A stretch of DNA of 64,000 nucleotides from Candidatus Harrisonbacteria bacterium. GTDB taxonomy: Bacteria; Patescibacteriota; Minisyncoccia; UBA6257; UBA11618. Both the position numbers and the translations under genes were made by a program. The notes below the pieces were generated by a model. It made no database searches. It was not told the origin of the DNA and was given only the letters and a program-made list of their open reading frames with translations. The stretch lies in the NCBI GenBank assembly GCA_016867415.1, contig VGJO01000002.1, positions 118,472 to 182,471 of the forward strand. Reading direction: 5' to 3'. This document shows positions 9,011 through 16,528 of the stretch, in pieces (within the stretch, counting starts at the first letter, position 1; each line of letters opens with the position of its first letter).

Positions 9011-10171
9011 CTATTCAACTTCAGATAAATAATCCTTGCAAGCCACTTTAATATTATCAGGTAGCTTCTGGCTAATATTTTTATATAAAATCACAAAATT
9101 CTTACATTCTTCTCGACTAAAAGTAGTAACCAATTGATTTTTTTTATCTTTACTCTTAATCCTTTGAGCAAAAACCTTACAGGCTTGTTTCGGATCTTTA
9201 CCCAAGCTATTAAGATAAGAAAAAAAATCATTCCTCATCGCAACATCATAATTAAAGTTAGCCTTTCCAGTCGGATTAAGAACTTCTTTAATTTCAGGAA
9301 TTTTATCAATAATGCCGGTTTGTAAAGTTTTACCCCGAATCACAAGAGAAATAAATTTATAGTAAATATCATATCCATATTTATCAATAAAATAACCGGC
9401 TATTAAGGCTCCAGAGTTATAAAGGTCATAAACTTCCTGTTTATCTTGAGAATAAGCCTCTATTTTAAAAAAGGAATCAAAAGAACGACATAACCCGGTA
9501 GGACCAAAAATAATCTTCTTCCTTTCAAAAAACTGCAGGCAAGTTCGATTAACAAAAGACTCGCTCTCTTCTAAAGTACAAGTACCTTCATCAAAGCATC
9601 GAGGAAGAGGGGTTTGGAACATTCGACCCAAAAGTACATGAGATATTTCATGAGGAGCAATATTATCAAGTACATATTGAAAATCATTAGCAATAAAAAA
9701 CATGGTGAAAGTATTGTTTAAGAAAGAAGTTTTACCCTTTCCGAAAAAAGTTAAAAATGTATTTCCACTACCAGCCGGCTCAGAAAGATTAGGGAAAAAA
9801 ATGGAATTAAGTTTAATCTTCACATTTATATAAATATCATCTCCTCGAAGACTACAATTTTGCCTATCACAAAAATTTTTATATTGATCCGCCATTGCAT
9901 CCGCTATTTTTTCAAAATCAACAGCTCGTAAAACAATATCAGAAGAGATAGGAGCTAATTGATCACTTTTTTCAAGATCAGCAATAGGCTGATCTCCAGG
10001 CGTTTGAGAAAAAGTAAAATGAATGACAATTTTAGTTCCATCTTTGTCGGCTATTACCGTCCTTACTATTTCTTCAGTTGCAAGAGAAAGAGCATAAGAA
10101 AAGTAAAAAAATAAGAATAAGAATAAAAAAGTATTTTTAAAATAAAAAAGGAAACCCTTAAAGTTAATCAT
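9011..10171 (-). CDS. Secreted hypothetical protein with HExxH zinc-metallopeptidase-like motif
   Basis: 386 aa; hydrophobic N-terminal signal/anchor (FLFLFLFFYFSYALSLA); HEISHVLLG motif; A/T-rich codon usage. Confidence 0.55.
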   Translation of the reverse strand: MINFKGFLFYFKNTFLFLFLFFYFSYALSLATEEIVRTVIADKDGTKIVIHFTFSQTPGDQPIADLEKSDQLAPISSDIVLRAVDFEKIADAMADQYKNFCDRQNCSLRGDDIYINVKIKLNSIFFPNLSEPAGSGNTFLTFFGKGKTSFLNNTFTMFFIANDFQYVLDNIAPHEISHVLLGRMFQTPLPRCFDEGTCTLEESESFVNRTCLQFFERKKIIFGPTGLCRSFDSFFKIEAYSQDKQEVYDLYNSGALIAGYFIDKYGYDIYYKFISLVIRGKTLQTGIIDKIPEIKEVLNPTGKANFNYDVAMRNDFFSYLNSLGKDPKQACKVFAQRIKSKDKKNQLVTTFSREECKNFVILYKNISQKLPDNIKVACKDYLSEVE

Positions 10172-10980
10172 CTTTTTGGAGCATGCATTTCAATACTTTT
10201 AGCTAGATCTTCAATATTTTTCTTATACCAGTCTTCCCCAAAATTATCTAATAAGACTTTCCTTAAAACAGGATCATTTTTCATATCTGTTATCAATCTT
10301 CTGGTAACTCTTGCCGTAGGCACTATTCCGACTTGATAAATGTTTTCTGTATTAGGAAAATAACCATCATTAATGAGAGTGAACACATCTTTAATATAAG
10401 CAGAATTCTTTTCTAAAAAATCCTTAACCAAAGACCTATAGATTGGTAGAGTAGGATCATTGGGATAATTATCTTGAAGATGACGCAATATAGAGATTCC
10501 AAAGATCATAAAAGCCGCATTCCCCTCTGATAAATTACCCAAATCAGTTGTATTAGGATCAGAAGTTTTGATATTTCTATTACTTCTCACCATTTGTAAT
10601 CTCCATACATTACCAAAATAATAAGCGTCCATCTCATCAAAAAGATAAGACAATTGGGTCCAATAATTATTAGAAAAATAGGTTCCTGACTTTCTGCAAT
10701 ATTTAGCCATATCTTTAGGAATATAAGGTCGTTGGGTATAAGCTTGCAAAGTACTCTGAGATTGAGGGATTACATAAAAGCAAACTCTTTTTGGAGCATT
10801 TCCAGAAAATTGAATATCTTTTACTAGACAAGCAAAAGTATTAGGCTTCTTCCCAGCATTTTTAATGCATCCTACAAGCTTCGTTATAGCCATGAATTTT
10901 TTCGTGAACATTATTATCAGAAAAATTTTTAGAAAGAGCTTCTCTGCAAAGAGCATTATCGCCGCAAGAAGCAAGGTCAT
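10168..10980 (-). CDS. hypothetical protein (start uncertain; ATGA overlap with downstream gene)
   Basis: 270-aa ORF; hydrophobic N-terminus; 5' end overlaps the neighbouring ORF in another frame, so an internal Met start is possible. Confidence 0.45.
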   Translation of the reverse strand: MTLLLAAIMLFAEKLFLKIFLIIMFTKKFMAITKLVGCIKNAGKKPNTFACLVKDIQFSGNAPKRVCFYVIPQSQSTLQAYTQRPYIPKDMAKYCRKSGTYFSNNYWTQLSYLFDEMDAYYFGNVWRLQMVRSNRNIKTSDPNTTDLGNLSEGNAAFMIFGISILRHLQDNYPNDPTLPIYRSLVKDFLEKNSAYIKDVFTLINDGYFPNTENIYQVGIVPTARVTRRLITDMKNDPVLRKVLLDNFGEDWYKKNIEDLAKSIEMHAPKR

Positions 10981-11311
10981 TTACATCATTAATACAAAAA
11001 AAATTAATATCAGATAGATCATTATTATGATTAGTAGGCCCCCGACTATTTAAAACATCGAGTTTACTCTGAAACTCATTTACATCTTTGGCTTTTATTA
11101 TATGAATAATCCTTTTACCATCTTTAAATTCAAAAATACAATTCGAACCCAAAAATCCATCATCGCGAAAAGAGATTATTTTTTTTGTTAAATTTTCTCG
11201 CACAAGAGAATTAATAGAAGAATCATCACAGGCTATTAAAGAATATCGAAGATCCTGAGCAAAAGAAAAAAAAGGAGCAAAAAACAATAGAAGAAGAAAG
11301 AAAAATCTCAT
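10862..11311 (-). CDS. Secreted hypothetical protein
   Basis: ORF 10862..11404; internal Met gives signal peptide MRFFFLLLLFFAPFFSFAQD and removes overlap with upstream gene. Confidence 0.45.
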   Translation of the reverse strand: MRFFFLLLLFFAPFFSFAQDLRYSLIACDDSSINSLVRENLTKKIISFRDDGFLGSNCIFEFKDGKRIIHIIKAKDVNEFQSKLDVLNSRGPTNHNNDLSDINFFCINDVNDLASCGDNALCREALSKNFSDNNVHEKIHGYNEACRMH

Positions 11312-11315
11312 GAAG

Positions 11316-12380
11316 TTAGAAGACACTCCCCACCAAATCAGAAGAATTAGATAATGACCTTTTACATTCTTGAACAGCTTGATCAATCTTATTATTAAAA
11401 TCATTTTTAGCAGTAGCTAAAGCAGCTAGTAAATTCTGATTATTTCTTTGGCTAACAAGATCGGACAGATCTTTAAGAGCCTCATAAGCTAATTGAAAAT
11501 TTTCATTTTTCTTAATTAATGCATCTCGGGTACACTGACCAGGAATAGTATTAGACGAAAGCGAATTATTACCTTCCGGCATAATCACCTGCGGCGGCAA
11601 CTGCATCCGAGCTAAACAATCTTTATAATCTTTATACGCTGCCTGTATTGCCGCAATCTTTTTCTCTGATTCATCTGCGTTGATAGCACAATTAAACGAA
11701 GTCAAAGTTTTTAATAACTTCTGAATCTCGGGAATAGTATTCGATACAAAGTTATCTATATTCAGATCTTTTCCATTTACATAATCCTTAACCGAATCGA
11801 CAAAGTCCACCACATCTTTCTTTTCTTTTGGAGATAAACGACAATACTTGTTTTGAGCTAAATTGACATACCGATCATAAGGCAACCCTCGAATAAGAGT
11901 AATAAGATCACTTTTTTTCTTATCTAGTTCCGCCTTATCCGGTATCGCTGGCTCCAAAAGTCCAGAATTTTTTCTCGCTTCAGTCACAAGACCGCTCACA
12001 TACGCCTCCTTATTCTCTCGCTTGGCATACGCTTCCGGGTCCCCAATCCGTCCCATCACATAGGAAGCAATGCTATTTGCATTTCCTTCGTTAATTCCAT
12101 TAAGCTTCGCCGCATCATTCGGATCAAGCGGGGTATCAAAAAGATACTTCGGTGAGGTGACATTAAAAGTAATCGTATGCGGCCCCAGTTTTCTCACGCA
12201 GGTATAGGTCGTGTGATAAACAGCGTCATCTCCCGGCTTGCACTCCGCCGCCTGCACCTCCTCCGCTAACGGAAAAATAGTTTTTTGTTTAGCAACAACA
12301 AGCAAAAGTAAACTTACAAAAATAAGAGAAAGAATCAAATATTTTTTTCTGTTATTTCCAGTATTTTTTTTCTTTTTCAT
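11316..12380 (-). CDS. Secreted hypothetical protein
   Basis: 354 aa; N-terminal KKKK + hydrophobic signal (YLILSLIFVSLLLLVVA); several Cys; no known motif. Confidence 0.55.
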   Translation of the reverse strand: MKKKKNTGNNRKKYLILSLIFVSLLLLVVAKQKTIFPLAEEVQAAECKPGDDAVYHTTYTCVRKLGPHTITFNVTSPKYLFDTPLDPNDAAKLNGINEGNANSIASYVMGRIGDPEAYAKRENKEAYVSGLVTEARKNSGLLEPAIPDKAELDKKKSDLITLIRGLPYDRYVNLAQNKYCRLSPKEKKDVVDFVDSVKDYVNGKDLNIDNFVSNTIPEIQKLLKTLTSFNCAINADESEKKIAAIQAAYKDYKDCLARMQLPPQVIMPEGNNSLSSNTIPGQCTRDALIKKNENFQLAYEALKDLSDLVSQRNNQNLLAALATAKNDFNNKIDQAVQECKRSLSNSSDLVGSVF

Positions 12381-12383
12381 GAA

Positions 12384-13832
12384 TTAATTAAAATTTCTAA
12401 ATTCTGAAACACGCCACGGTTGAAGTTCAGGATGAGGATATTTATCTACATCGTAGTAAAAGACAGGAATAACACTACCGTCTTTCTGAAACTTGCTATA
12501 ATTTTTATAAGAATGAGGCTTAGCTTCCTGACATGGTACGCACCACGAAGTAGACAGTTGGAGTCGAAATGGTTTGCCGCTCGCCTTTAGTTCCTCAAAC
12601 TGATTATTATCTATTTCAAATGACATCCCTTTTCGAGGATCATCAGGCTTTAGAAGATTATTATTCGGCTGCGTCGCCGGCTTCAAACACGCTACTAGTT
12701 TAATCGGACCAGGCAATTTCACCGCCACCGTCACCTTTGATCCGCATTTTTTATCATTTTCCTCTTTAAGCCGCATAAGCTCATATTCAATCTTCGCTTT
12801 TTTGTCCGACACACTGCACGCCGCCGCTTTCCCCTCTAGTTCATTTTTCTGTTTTTCATAGGTATCGCAAAAAAACTGATCATTTTCCTTAAACGGGGTA
12901 AATGAACAATCATCCTTTTGCTTCTTCAAGCACGCCTGCACCGATTTCAAAAGATCCCCTATATTAAATTTACCTGGATCAGGATATAGATATTTCTCTC
13001 CATCTTTCTCCACGTCCGCTGTTAAGATTTTTAACTCCCACACAAGCGAATAATACGACAACAGCGGTCTTTGAGGAGGTTCAGGTAATGCATTTATTTT
13101 ATTAATGAGCTCAAAAACCACATCTCGATTCTTATTAATATCTTGGAATTTTTTATTTACTTCCACAATATTTGAACCATTCTTTGCAATGGCTGGAATT
13201 TGAAAAATTCCTTTTACATAATTTTTTCCGTTATACTTATCTGCATTATATTTTGCAATCGCCTCATTCGCCGCCTTAATCGCCTTATCGCAATCCGGAG
13301 AAACAATACACGGTTTTTCTTTTATTATTTTATAAGGACCAAAAACCTTCCCATTCTTAGCATTAGTAATAGTAATATATGACTCTCCTTTCTCTTCTTT
13401 TATTGTAACTTCATCACCAGGATAAATTAGTATACAACTAGTCTCTTCTCCATTCTCATCAACTGTACATACTTGTTCCACATTCTTATTCTTATCTTTT
13501 TCCTCCTTCTCATTCTTATATTTAACCTTACATCCTCCCTTACATAAATCAGCTAAAGAAGTATCTGAAGGAACAATATCCACTCCCGAATCATCCATCT
13601 TCCCCGAAAGACAAACTTTCAATTTCTGAGTCAGGGTTTGTACTTCTTTTTTTAGATCTTCAAGCTTAAAAAAATCATCATTATTTATGGCCTCTCGCAG
13701 TAATTCTCTCGCCTTCCTAAGTTCTTCAGAGATAGCCCCGCAATCCGGCCGGGCTTCTTGAGCAAAAGCAAATTGAAAAGAAAAAATACTCAAGAAAAAC
13801 CCCATTAAGAAAAACCAAGCGCTATATTTCAT
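12384..13832 (-). CDS. Cys-rich secreted hypothetical protein with C-terminal thioredoxin-like WCxPC motif
   Basis: ORF 12384..13886; signal peptide from internal Met (MKYSAWFFLMGFFLSIFSFQFAFAQE); about 24 Cys; C-terminal FRLQLSTSWCVPCQ resembles the Trx active-site context (F.AEWCGPCK). Confidence 0.55.
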   Translation of the reverse strand: MKYSAWFFLMGFFLSIFSFQFAFAQEARPDCGAISEELRKARELLREAINNDDFFKLEDLKKEVQTLTQKLKVCLSGKMDDSGVDIVPSDTSLADLCKGGCKVKYKNEKEEKDKNKNVEQVCTVDENGEETSCILIYPGDEVTIKEEKGESYITITNAKNGKVFGPYKIIKEKPCIVSPDCDKAIKAANEAIAKYNADKYNGKNYVKGIFQIPAIAKNGSNIVEVNKKFQDINKNRDVVFELINKINALPEPPQRPLLSYYSLVWELKILTADVEKDGEKYLYPDPGKFNIGDLLKSVQACLKKQKDDCSFTPFKENDQFFCDTYEKQKNELEGKAAACSVSDKKAKIEYELMRLKEENDKKCGSKVTVAVKLPGPIKLVACLKPATQPNNNLLKPDDPRKGMSFEIDNNQFEELKASGKPFRLQLSTSWCVPCQEAKPHSYKNYSKFQKDGSVIPVFYYDVDKYPHPELQPWRVSEFRNFN

Positions 13833-13882
13833 AAACTCTTTCTTGAAGAATATCATAATAAAAAAAGAATGTTTTCCCCAGA

Positions 13883-15604
13883 TCACGGCATCTGCACAAC
13901 CGGCATCGTGATTCCGCCTCGACTTCGCTTATACTGCTTCGGCGGAGTATTAGAGACCTCGTTCACCGCCTCCTGTATCTTCGCCCGCTTAAGCGCCTCC
14001 TCAGCTTCTTTTAAAAGCTCCTCCGCCTCTTCTTTTAATTCCTTCTGAAGCTTCGCCCGCTTAAGCGCCTCCTCAGCTTCTTTTAAAAGCTCCTCCGCCT
14101 CTTCTTTTAATTCCTTCTGAAGCTTCGCCCGCTCAAGCGCCTCCTCAGCTTCTTTTAAAAGCTCCTCCGCCTCTTCTTTTAATCTCTTTTCTTTCATTAG
14201 TCCATTCCCCTTCATACAGTAAGATGGTAAAAGCTTTTGCACCTCCACATCACTAATTGCAAGAACTCTCAGATCGAAATCAGAAAGCTTTTTGGCATTA
14301 TCAATAAAATCACAGATATCATTCACCTTATTATCATCAATATCTTTGATATCTTTTATTTTTTGTTCAATTTCTTTCTTCATCTCACGAAGAGTGGCAA
14401 GATTTGCGTTGATTTTATTCCTATTCTTTTCTGTATTAACAACTGCTACATCCACCCATCCTAAACCTTTTCCTTCACTTAGATTTTTAAACAATTCCTC
14501 AAGCCTATTCACTCGCCCCCAAATCACCTGCAACACTGATTGTAGATTATTCTTCATCAAAACTACCTGCCCTCTATCACAAATCGCTTCTCCCTTCGAA
14601 ATCGTCAGAAAGTCGTTAATAAGTTCAGAAAGTCGTAAAAGATCCTTTTCTTCTCCGCTTCGTTTTTTACCTAGAATTAATGGATCTACTATAGTCACCG
14701 ACCCCCCAATAACCGCCACATGATTATTAGCGTTTTCCATTTGCACCAATTCATTCGCAATAGTAATAAGATACCAATTAATATTTCCTAAAAATGAAAT
14801 ATTAGAAAGCACCTCTTGCACACCTTCTAAGATCTGCTTCTTGGCACTACTTACAATAGCAAGAGAGTCTGCTAAAAATACATTTTCAATATTAGTCTTC
14901 ACTTCATTAAGTACCAGACCCTTTATAAGCTCCTCCGCCGCTCCATACTTCTCCGCAAAAAGATCTGCTAACCGCTCGATCAAATTATCGGGTGATTCCG
15001 TATTCCCTTCTACAAACTTCGTCACGTCTGTAAGAAATTCGAAGACCTCGCTTGGGAAAAGTTTGTTATCTTTTGATTTTGCGCACATAAGCGCCACTCG
15101 ACCCTTCACGCATGCTTTATACTCAGAAGACACTCGGCGAAAAAGCGACACCGCCAAATCCGTTACTACTTTCTTAAGATTTTCCAGTTTATCCTCATTA
15201 TTCTTAAAAAACTTTTGAAGCACCGTATCTACTCGAGTTCGCTGATCATTTGAAAGCCGGCTATATGACGAACTAAAAAATCCTTGGGACACCTCTTCCA
15301 TGATCTTCTGTTCAATATTGATAAAAAATTCATCCCCGCCTAACTTCTCCTCCACCGCTTCCCGAATCGCTTTCTCCGCCTCATCAGCCAAAGCCGGACT
15401 GTTTAGCATCTCATCTACAAGTGTTTTCACTTTAACACAACCCACCCTACACCTTTGTTTGATAAGATCAGCAAGAGTAGTAGGCATCTCTTGAGTCTCG
15501 GGTGATGGTTTTTTAGATACTTCTTGAGCCAAGCTAAAATAAGGAAAAGAGAAACAAACCGTACTCACTACCAAAAGAAAAATCATACCCGTTCTCGAAA
15601 ACAT
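13883..15604 (-). CDS. Secreted coiled-coil hypothetical protein with 3 tandem 24-aa repeats
   Basis: 573 aa; signal peptide MFSRTGMIFLLVVSTVCFSFPYFSLAQE; C-terminal repeats LQKELKEEAEELLKEAEEALKRAK x3; stop-start overlap ATGA with upstream gene. Confidence 0.6.
   Translation of the reverse strand: MFSRTGMIFLLVVSTVCFSFPYFSLAQEVSKKPSPETQEMPTTLADLIKQRCRVGCVKVKTLVDEMLNSPALADEAEKAIREAVEEKLGGDEFFINIEQKIMEEVSQGFFSSSYSRLSNDQRTRVDTVLQKFFKNNEDKLENLKKVVTDLAVSLFRRVSSEYKACVKGRVALMCAKSKDNKLFPSEVFEFLTDVTKFVEGNTESPDNLIERLADLFAEKYGAAEELIKGLVLNEVKTNIENVFLADSLAIVSSAKKQILEGVQEVLSNISFLGNINWYLITIANELVQMENANNHVAVIGGSVTIVDPLILGKKRSGEEKDLLRLSELINDFLTISKGEAICDRGQVVLMKNNLQSVLQVIWGRVNRLEELFKNLSEGKGLGWVDVAVVNTEKNRNKINANLATLREMKKEIEQKIKDIKDIDDNKVNDICDFIDNAKKLSDFDLRVLAISDVEVQKLLPSYCMKGNGLMKEKRLKEEAEELLKEAEEALERAKLQKELKEEAEELLKEAEEALKRAKLQKELKEEAEELLKEAEEALKRAKIQEAVNEVSNTPPKQYKRSRGGITMPVVQMP
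13975..14195. repeat. Three tandem ~72-bp repeats (coding, inside 13883..15604)
   Basis: cgcccgcttaagcgcctcctcagcttcttttaaaagctcctccgcctcttcttttaattccttctgaagctt repeated 3 times nearly perfectly. Confidence 0.9.
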
Positions 15605-15706
15605 AGATACCTTTAGTATACCGCATAGAAATAAAGAAAGAGTGTGGAATAAAAAACCCGCCCATAGTTGAGCGGGGTTTCGGAAAAAGATTTGGGTCTT
15701 CTTCCA

Positions 15707-15982
15707 TTACTTCTCGTCGCTTTCGGGAGAAGGGAGTGTCGGCTTCTCGGGCAAATTGAGTCCCGGAAAAAGCTGCAAGCCTTCGCGGCTCACTTTCCCC
15801 ATCGCCTGCATGGCTTGGAAAGCGTCGGTCACATCCGACGCTGTCTCGATCGAGGCCTCCAAGGAGGCCTCGATCGCTTGAGCACTCGCATCAAGCGCCC
15901 GCTCCACCTTCTTGCTCTCGAAATGGATGAGGAGAGATATCATCAGCACAAACGCGCTCGAAATACCAAAAAACATTTTCAT
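15707..15982 (-). CDS. Small secreted/membrane hypothetical protein
   Basis: 91 aa; N-terminal hydrophobic segment MKMFFGISSAFVLMISLLIHF. Confidence 0.35.
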   Translation of the reverse strand: MKMFFGISSAFVLMISLLIHFESKKVERALDASAQAIEASLEASIETASDVTDAFQAMQAMGKVSREGLQLFPGLNLPEKPTLPSPESDEK

Positions 15983-16079
15983 GACCAGACTCCTGAAAAA
16001 GAGATTTGAATATTTTCAAACTGCCACTATTACTCATATATTATAGCATACCAGATATACAAAAGTCAATAGTAACCCC

Positions 16080-16330
16080 GAAGTTGTCAAGTACCCTTAT
16101 AAAATAAGGGTTCTAGAGATTGTCATCCTAGACCACGATCCAGAATCCAGGGCTTGCCGTCTTTGGCGAGCCTCGCTAAAAGCGGGACCCGGAATCTCGT
16201 AGCGGAGCCCTTAGGCCACGTGGGACAGTATTCTTTCCTTTACGTGGCGAAGACCCTGGAACGGGACAAGGCTTGCCGCTTATGGCGGTATTCATAAGTA
16301 ACTAACTATTTTCTCTTAAGATGTTGTGGG
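16080..16330. ncRNA. Candidate structured non-coding region (unassigned)
   Basis: GC-enriched ORF-free stretch with several stems: gccacgt...acgtggc (7 bp), gggcttgccg/ggcgagcc, ccgc-ttatg-gcgg; ggcttgccg occurs twice. Confidence 0.2.
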
Positions 16331-16387
16331 CTTAACGCAGAGTAGTTTTGTACGAATTTTGCAATTTCTTTGCTCGAAATTATTAAA

Positions 16388-16528
16388 ACGTTACACGTCG
16401 TCAAGCGCAGGATTTTTGGATGGAGTTTGCGATTTCTTTCCGAGGAGCCGCCGCAGCGTACTAAGAGCTAGGTACGTGAGGAGGCACCGCAGGAAAAAAT
16501 CGCAAAATCCGCCAAAAAGACCAGCTCG
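16388..16528 (+). repeat. Family A intergenic repeat, copy R3 (abuts dnaE stop codon)
   Basis: gcgcaggatttttggatggagtttgcgatttctttccgag...cagcgtactaagagctaggtacgtgagg...gaaaaaatcgcaaaatccgccaaaaag; last base 16528, dnaE stop 16529-16531. Confidence 0.75.

Noticed and set aside
13975-14195. Possible CRISPR array (regular tandem repeats here and at 47594-48062)
   Set aside because: Repeats are directly adjacent with no unique spacers and lie in-frame inside protein-coding genes; no cas genes in the window.
16110-16150. Local resemblance to the tmRNA 5' end (reverse complement contains ctggattctggatcg, compare GAUUCUGGAUUCGAC)
   Set aside because: No GGGG acceptor start, no tRNA-like 3' end (T-arm/ACCA) and no tag-peptide ORF nearby; likely chance similarity.
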